A stretch of DNA of 63,979 nucleotides, filler included, from an uncultured bacterium (lineage in GTDB: Bacteria > DAOPZR01): the NCBI GenBank assembly GCA_964637655.1. It is 5 parts of 5 records of this genome, joined end to end, with 100 filler letters (N's around TTAATTAATTAA, not from the genome) between each part and the next. Parts side by side here need not be neighbours in the genome. Positions count along the whole stretch, not along the records: positions 54,734 to 63,979 come from CAZWUZ010000154.1; 4 more parts are not named here. One strand, 5' to 3'. The position numbers and the translations under genes were made by a program. Positions 60,470 to 63,979 of the stretch are shown one piece after another (the stretch's first letter is position 1; each line of letters begins with the position of its first letter). Under the pieces are notes generated by a model that was not told the DNA's origin, ran no database searches, and saw nothing but the letters and a program-made list of their open reading frames with translations.

Positions 60470-61903
60470 ATGAAACCGTCATTAGTCAACGAACGTATAC
60501 TGCTGGTAGAGGACGAAGGCGTCACCCGCACGTCGCTGCAGAAGATGATGCTTACCTGGGGATGTCAGGTAGACGCCTGCGAATCAGCTGAGGAAGGATC
60601 GGCAAAAATGCAGGAAAATGTCTACACTGTTGTCCTGACCGATGTGCAACTACCCGGGCGTTCAGGTATCGAGCTGCTCCGCGACATCACCGCGAAAACA
60701 GGCGCCCCGGCAGTCATCATCATGACCGCCCACTCGACCATCAGCGCGGCAGTGGAAGCGATGAAGGCAGGGGCGCATACCTATCTGAGCAAACCGGTCA
60801 TCATCGACGAATTGCGGCTGACCCTCGAGCGTCTGGCGGAGCGGCGGCAGGACAAAGCGGAACTCGCCCAGTTGCGCGATGCGCTGGGGAGCACACGCGG
60901 CTTTGCCGGGATGACCGGGAGCAGCCCGGCGATGCGCAAGGTTTACACCCTGATCGAGCGGATTGCGGACAGCCCGTCGAGTGTGCTCATCCTCGGGGAG
61001 AGCGGCACGGGGAAGGAACTGGCGGCGCGGGCGATTCACCGGCAGAGCGGGCGGCAGCAGCAGCGGTTTGTCGCCATCGACTGCGGCGCGCTCCCCGCGA
61101 CGCTGCTGGAGAGCGAACTGTTCGGGCATGAGGCGGGTGCCTTCACCGGCGCGACGCACGCCAAAGCAGGCCTGTTCGAGGTGGCGCGCGGCGGCACCCT
61201 CTTCCTCGACGAGATTGCCGAGGCGTCACCCGAAGTGCAGGCCAAGCTGCTGCGCGCCTTGCAGGAGCGGGTCATCCGCCGCCTCGGGGGCACCACCGAC
61301 ATCGCCTGTGACACGCGCGTACTCTGCGCCACCAACCGCGACCTTGACGCGCTGGTAGCGGCCGGTTCCTTCCGCGCGGAGCTGCTCTACCGCATCCGCG
61401 TCATCACCTTGAAACTTCCGCCGCTGCGCGAGCGGGACGGCGACCTGCCGTTGCTCATCGACCACTTCGTCCGCACCTGCGCGCTGCGCCTCAACCGCCC
61501 GGTGCGCGGCGTCACCCCCGCGGCGCTGCAGAAACTGCAGCGGCATGCATGGCCGGGGAATATCCGCGAACTGGCGAACGTCATCGAAGCGGCGGTCAAC
61601 GTCGCGGACGGTCCGCTGCTCGACGAGCAGCTGTTCACCCTGAACACCCCGCCCGCGGCGGCCGGCCCGGTACTGCCGGCGGAATCGGCGCCCGCCGCCT
61701 ATGCCACCTGGGATTACGCCACCTTGAAGCGTGAACAGGTGCACCGCATGGATGCGGTTTTCTTCCCGCGCCTGCTGGCCGAGTGCCGCGGCAACATCAG
61801 CGCGGCCGCGCGGCAGTGCGGGCTGGACCGCAAACACCTGTACGCCAAACTGCGGGAAATCGGGTTCAGCATCCGGGAGGAACGCCGTGCCGCGCGTTCC
61901 TAA
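60470..61903 (+). CDS. sigma54-dependent response regulator (NtrC/PilR/AtoC family)
   Basis: REC domain (VEDE, TDVQLPG, YLSKP), GESGTGKE, ESELFGH..GAFTGA, FLDEI, WPGNIREL, C-terminal Fis-type HTH. Confidence 0.95.
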   Translation: MKPSLVNERILLVEDEGVTRTSLQKMMLTWGCQVDACESAEEGSAKMQENVYTVVLTDVQLPGRSGIELLRDITAKTGAPAVIIMTAHSTISAAVEAMKAGAHTYLSKPVIIDELRLTLERLAERRQDKAELAQLRDALGSTRGFAGMTGSSPAMRKVYTLIERIADSPSSVLILGESGTGKELAARAIHRQSGRQQQRFVAIDCGALPATLLESELFGHEAGAFTGATHAKAGLFEVARGGTLFLDEIAEASPEVQAKLLRALQERVIRRLGGTTDIACDTRVLCATNRDLDALVAAGSFRAELLYRIRVITLKLPPLRERDGDLPLLIDHFVRTCALRLNRPVRGVTPAALQKLQRHAWPGNIRELANVIEAAVNVADGPLLDEQLFTLNTPPAAAGPVLPAESAPAAYATWDYATLKREQVHRMDAVFFPRLLAECRGNISAAARQCGLDRKHLYAKLREIGFSIREERRAARS

Positions 61904-62594
61904 GTGGCTGCTCGCCGTCGGGGTGATGCTGCTCGCCCTGCTGTTTCTCGCCAACCTGGCCGCGCTCCCCGCCTGGCAGCGGCTCTTCGCCGCCGCCGAT
62001 GACAGCGCGGTGCAGGCGCTGTACGACCGGGCCCTGACCGCGCAGCGGCGCGGCGACAGCGCCCACGCCCTGCGCCTGATGCTGCAGCTCACCGACTCCT
62101 ACCCGCGCAGCGCGCGGCACGACGACGCGCTGCTCGCCGCGGCGGAGTTGTGGGAGGATGCGCACTGCGCGTACCTCCCCGCCATCACCGCGTATGACCG
62201 GCTGCTCGCGGCCGCACCTGACGGACTGCATGCCATCGCCGCGCGTCAGCGCCGCGACGCGCTGGCCGCCGTGGTGGCCGCCGACGTTGCCGGGCATGAA
62301 CACCTCGCGGCCATCGCGCAGGCGGCACACGCCGGGAACAACCCGCGCCCCGCCCTCATCGCCTATTGTGCCGCGCACGGGGAGGACCCTGCCGCCATCA
62401 CTGCGCGCCTGTGGCTGGCGGAACTGCATGCCGCCGATGCGGCGCGCCACGCCGCCGCGGGCGGGCACGACGAGGCCGCGGCGGAACTGCAGCAGACGCG
62501 CGACCTGCTCACGGTCGCCGCCTGCTACCCGATGGCTGACCTGACCCGCGACCGCCTGCAGGCCATCAGCAACGATTTGACCCGCACCCGCTAA
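61887..62594 (+). CDS. membrane-anchored TPR-like protein
   Basis: GTG start overlapping the regulator end; N-terminal TM; LYDRA, YPRS..HDDALL.AA helical repeats. Confidence 0.65.
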   Translation: MPRVPKWLLAVGVMLLALLFLANLAALPAWQRLFAAADDSAVQALYDRALTAQRRGDSAHALRLMLQLTDSYPRSARHDDALLAAAELWEDAHCAYLPAITAYDRLLAAAPDGLHAIAARQRRDALAAVVAADVAGHEHLAAIAQAAHAGNNPRPALIAYCAAHGEDPAAITARLWLAELHAADAARHAAAGGHDEAAAELQQTRDLLTVAACYPMADLTRDRLQAISNDLTRTR

Positions 62595-63760
62595 CCGTCG
62601 CGGGCGGGCGGCCAGACCACGGGCTGCCGTCCGGCAATAACATCAACCAGCGCCAGCAGGGCCGCGCCGTTGACCAGGCAGAAATAATACGGCAGTGCCA
62701 GCAGGCGCAGGCGCACCCCGCGGCGGTCGAGCAGCCACCCGGCCAGTGCCAGCGTTACAAACCCGAAAGCGATAGCCAGCAGCAGGCGATAGCCCGGATC
62801 GGTCGCAGCGAGCACCCCGGCCGGCAGCAGCAGCGCAGCGAGTATCCACGGCAGCAGCCAGCGCAGCAGTTTATGGGACGCCAGTTTGAGCGCGAACCAC
62901 GGCTGCCCGATCTGCCACAGGCGGCCGGTTTCCGCCAGCACCGAGGCGATGGCCCGCGCGACGATGCGCCGCTTGGCGGTGAAGTTTGCCGCCGCGCGTG
63001 TCCGCACCGCCTCCGTGCAGACCGCGTCCGCGGCATAGACGATGCGTTTCCCCGCCGCGCGCAGCCGCAGGGCGACGACGAGGTCGCTCTGGGCCGCGGC
63101 GGGCAGCGGTTCATACAGCCGCCGCGGCAGCGCGTAGATGGCGTTGTTCACCCCGACCAGCGAACCCGAGGCGCTTTCCATGCGCTTGAGCCAGCGTTCA
63201 TAGCGCCAGTAGCAGCGTTCGCCGAAGCCCGCTCCTCCCGCCCGCTCCTGCCGGTAGTGCAGCGCGCCGCAGACCGCGCCGACCGACGGGTCGGCGAGGT
63301 GGCGCACGAGCCGCCGCACCGCGTCCGTGGAGAAAAACCCGTTGGCGTCGGCGAAGACCAGCACCTCGCCCGTCGCTGCCGCCGCCGCCGCGTTCTGCGC
63401 CGCAGTCTTCCCCTGCTGCGGCGCCTGACGCAGCAGCCGCACGCCCCGCGCCGCATACACGCCGGCGCACGCTGCCGTGGCGTCGGTCGAACCGTCATCG
63501 ACGACGATGATTTCCCGCCGGTCCGCCGGCCAGTCGAGCGCAAGCAGGTTATCGAGCCGTACCGCGATATGCCGTTCCTCGTCATGCGCCGCGACGATGA
63601 TGCTCACTGCCGGCCGCCAGTCGTCACGCGCCGCCGTGCCGCGCCGCCGCACCACTCCCGCCAGCGCCAGCAGCAGCGGGTAGCCGGCATACCCGTAGGC
63701 GGCCGCCCCCGCCCCCAGCCAGAACAGCAGTTCAGGCGCGCGCATCAGCCATCCCGTCAT
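62591..63760 (-). CDS. GT2-family glycosyltransferase
   Basis: SIIVAAHDEE, VDDGSTD, GKTAAQN, VFADAN, YWRYE, SHKLLRW. Confidence 0.92.
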   Translation of the reverse strand: MTGWLMRAPELLFWLGAGAAAYGYAGYPLLLALAGVVRRRGTAARDDWRPAVSIIVAAHDEERHIAVRLDNLLALDWPADRREIIVVDDGSTDATAACAGVYAARGVRLLRQAPQQGKTAAQNAAAAAATGEVLVFADANGFFSTDAVRRLVRHLADPSVGAVCGALHYRQERAGGAGFGERCYWRYERWLKRMESASGSLVGVNNAIYALPRRLYEPLPAAAQSDLVVALRLRAAGKRIVYAADAVCTEAVRTRAAANFTAKRRIVARAIASVLAETGRLWQIGQPWFALKLASHKLLRWLLPWILAALLLPAGVLAATDPGYRLLLAIAFGFVTLALAGWLLDRRGVRLRLLALPYYFCLVNGAALLALVDVIAGRQPVVWPPARDG

Positions 63761-63979
63761 ACCAGACCGCCAGCGTCCGCGCGTACGCGGCGGCGTCGGG
63801 CACCGCCAGCGGCAGGCGCTGCGGCCGGCGGTCCGGATGCAGCGCCCGGGTCAGCAGCGCCGCGCTCAGTTCACCGGCATCCGCGCACAGCGTGATGCCC
63901 GCCCAGTCATCCGCCAGCGCGCGCAGCCCGGGAAGGTCATCTGCCAGCACGGAGAGCCCGACGGCCGCCGCCTCGAGCG
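63732..63979 (-). CDS. GT4-like glycosyltransferase (3' part; runs off window)
   Basis: LEAAAVGLSVLADDLPGL resembles the GT-B EA...G.PV...D.pG motif. Confidence 0.6.
   Translation of the reverse strand, partial: LEAAAVGLSVLADDLPGLRALADDWAGITLCADAGELSAALLTRALHPDRRPQRLPLAVPDAAAYARTLAVWYDGMADARA

Overview
GC-rich bacterial DNA made of five unrelated contigs. They are joined by artificial 100-nt N-spacers with a TTAATTAATTAA six-frame stop (13673-13772, 27434-27533, 41115-41214, 54634-54733); contig lengths decrease, so adjacency across a spacer means nothing. Contig 1: ilvBN-ilvC-psd-pssA-leuA-leuC-acetyltransferase, purine salvage (punA, DUF3006-like, DHH phosphoesterase, mtnP), a beta-CASP nuclease and a GT-C glycosyltransferase. 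Contig 2: YfhO, nadE, an eight-gene anaerobe-type oxidative-stress operon, Nudix and thioesterase genes, motAB behind a sigma28-like promoter, and an F-type ATP synthase operon that starts with two atpZ-like genes. Contig 3: rpe, a divergent dapB, CBS-PPase, rarA, a tandem thioredoxin-like protein, 6S RNA, zapA, pheTS, rplT-rpmI-infC (L20-type leader, ATC start), tRNA-Ala(GGC) and the alpha operon. Contig 4: rtcB, a radical SAM protein, mnmA, larE, terC, two Kelch proteins sharing a conserved N-terminal anchor, a Liv-type ABC transporter and serC. Contig 5 is the most unusual: a secreted D-(S/T)-rich protein, YfhO, glycosyltransferases and a sigma54 module. In that module an AT-rich control region holds two divergent -24/-12 promoters, three palindromic enhancer-like sites and an IHF-like site, between a Flp-prepilin/DUF4114-like fusion plus TPR gene and an NtrC-type activator plus TPR gene. 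Several genes look leaderless. All calls are from reading motifs by eye; no searches were run.
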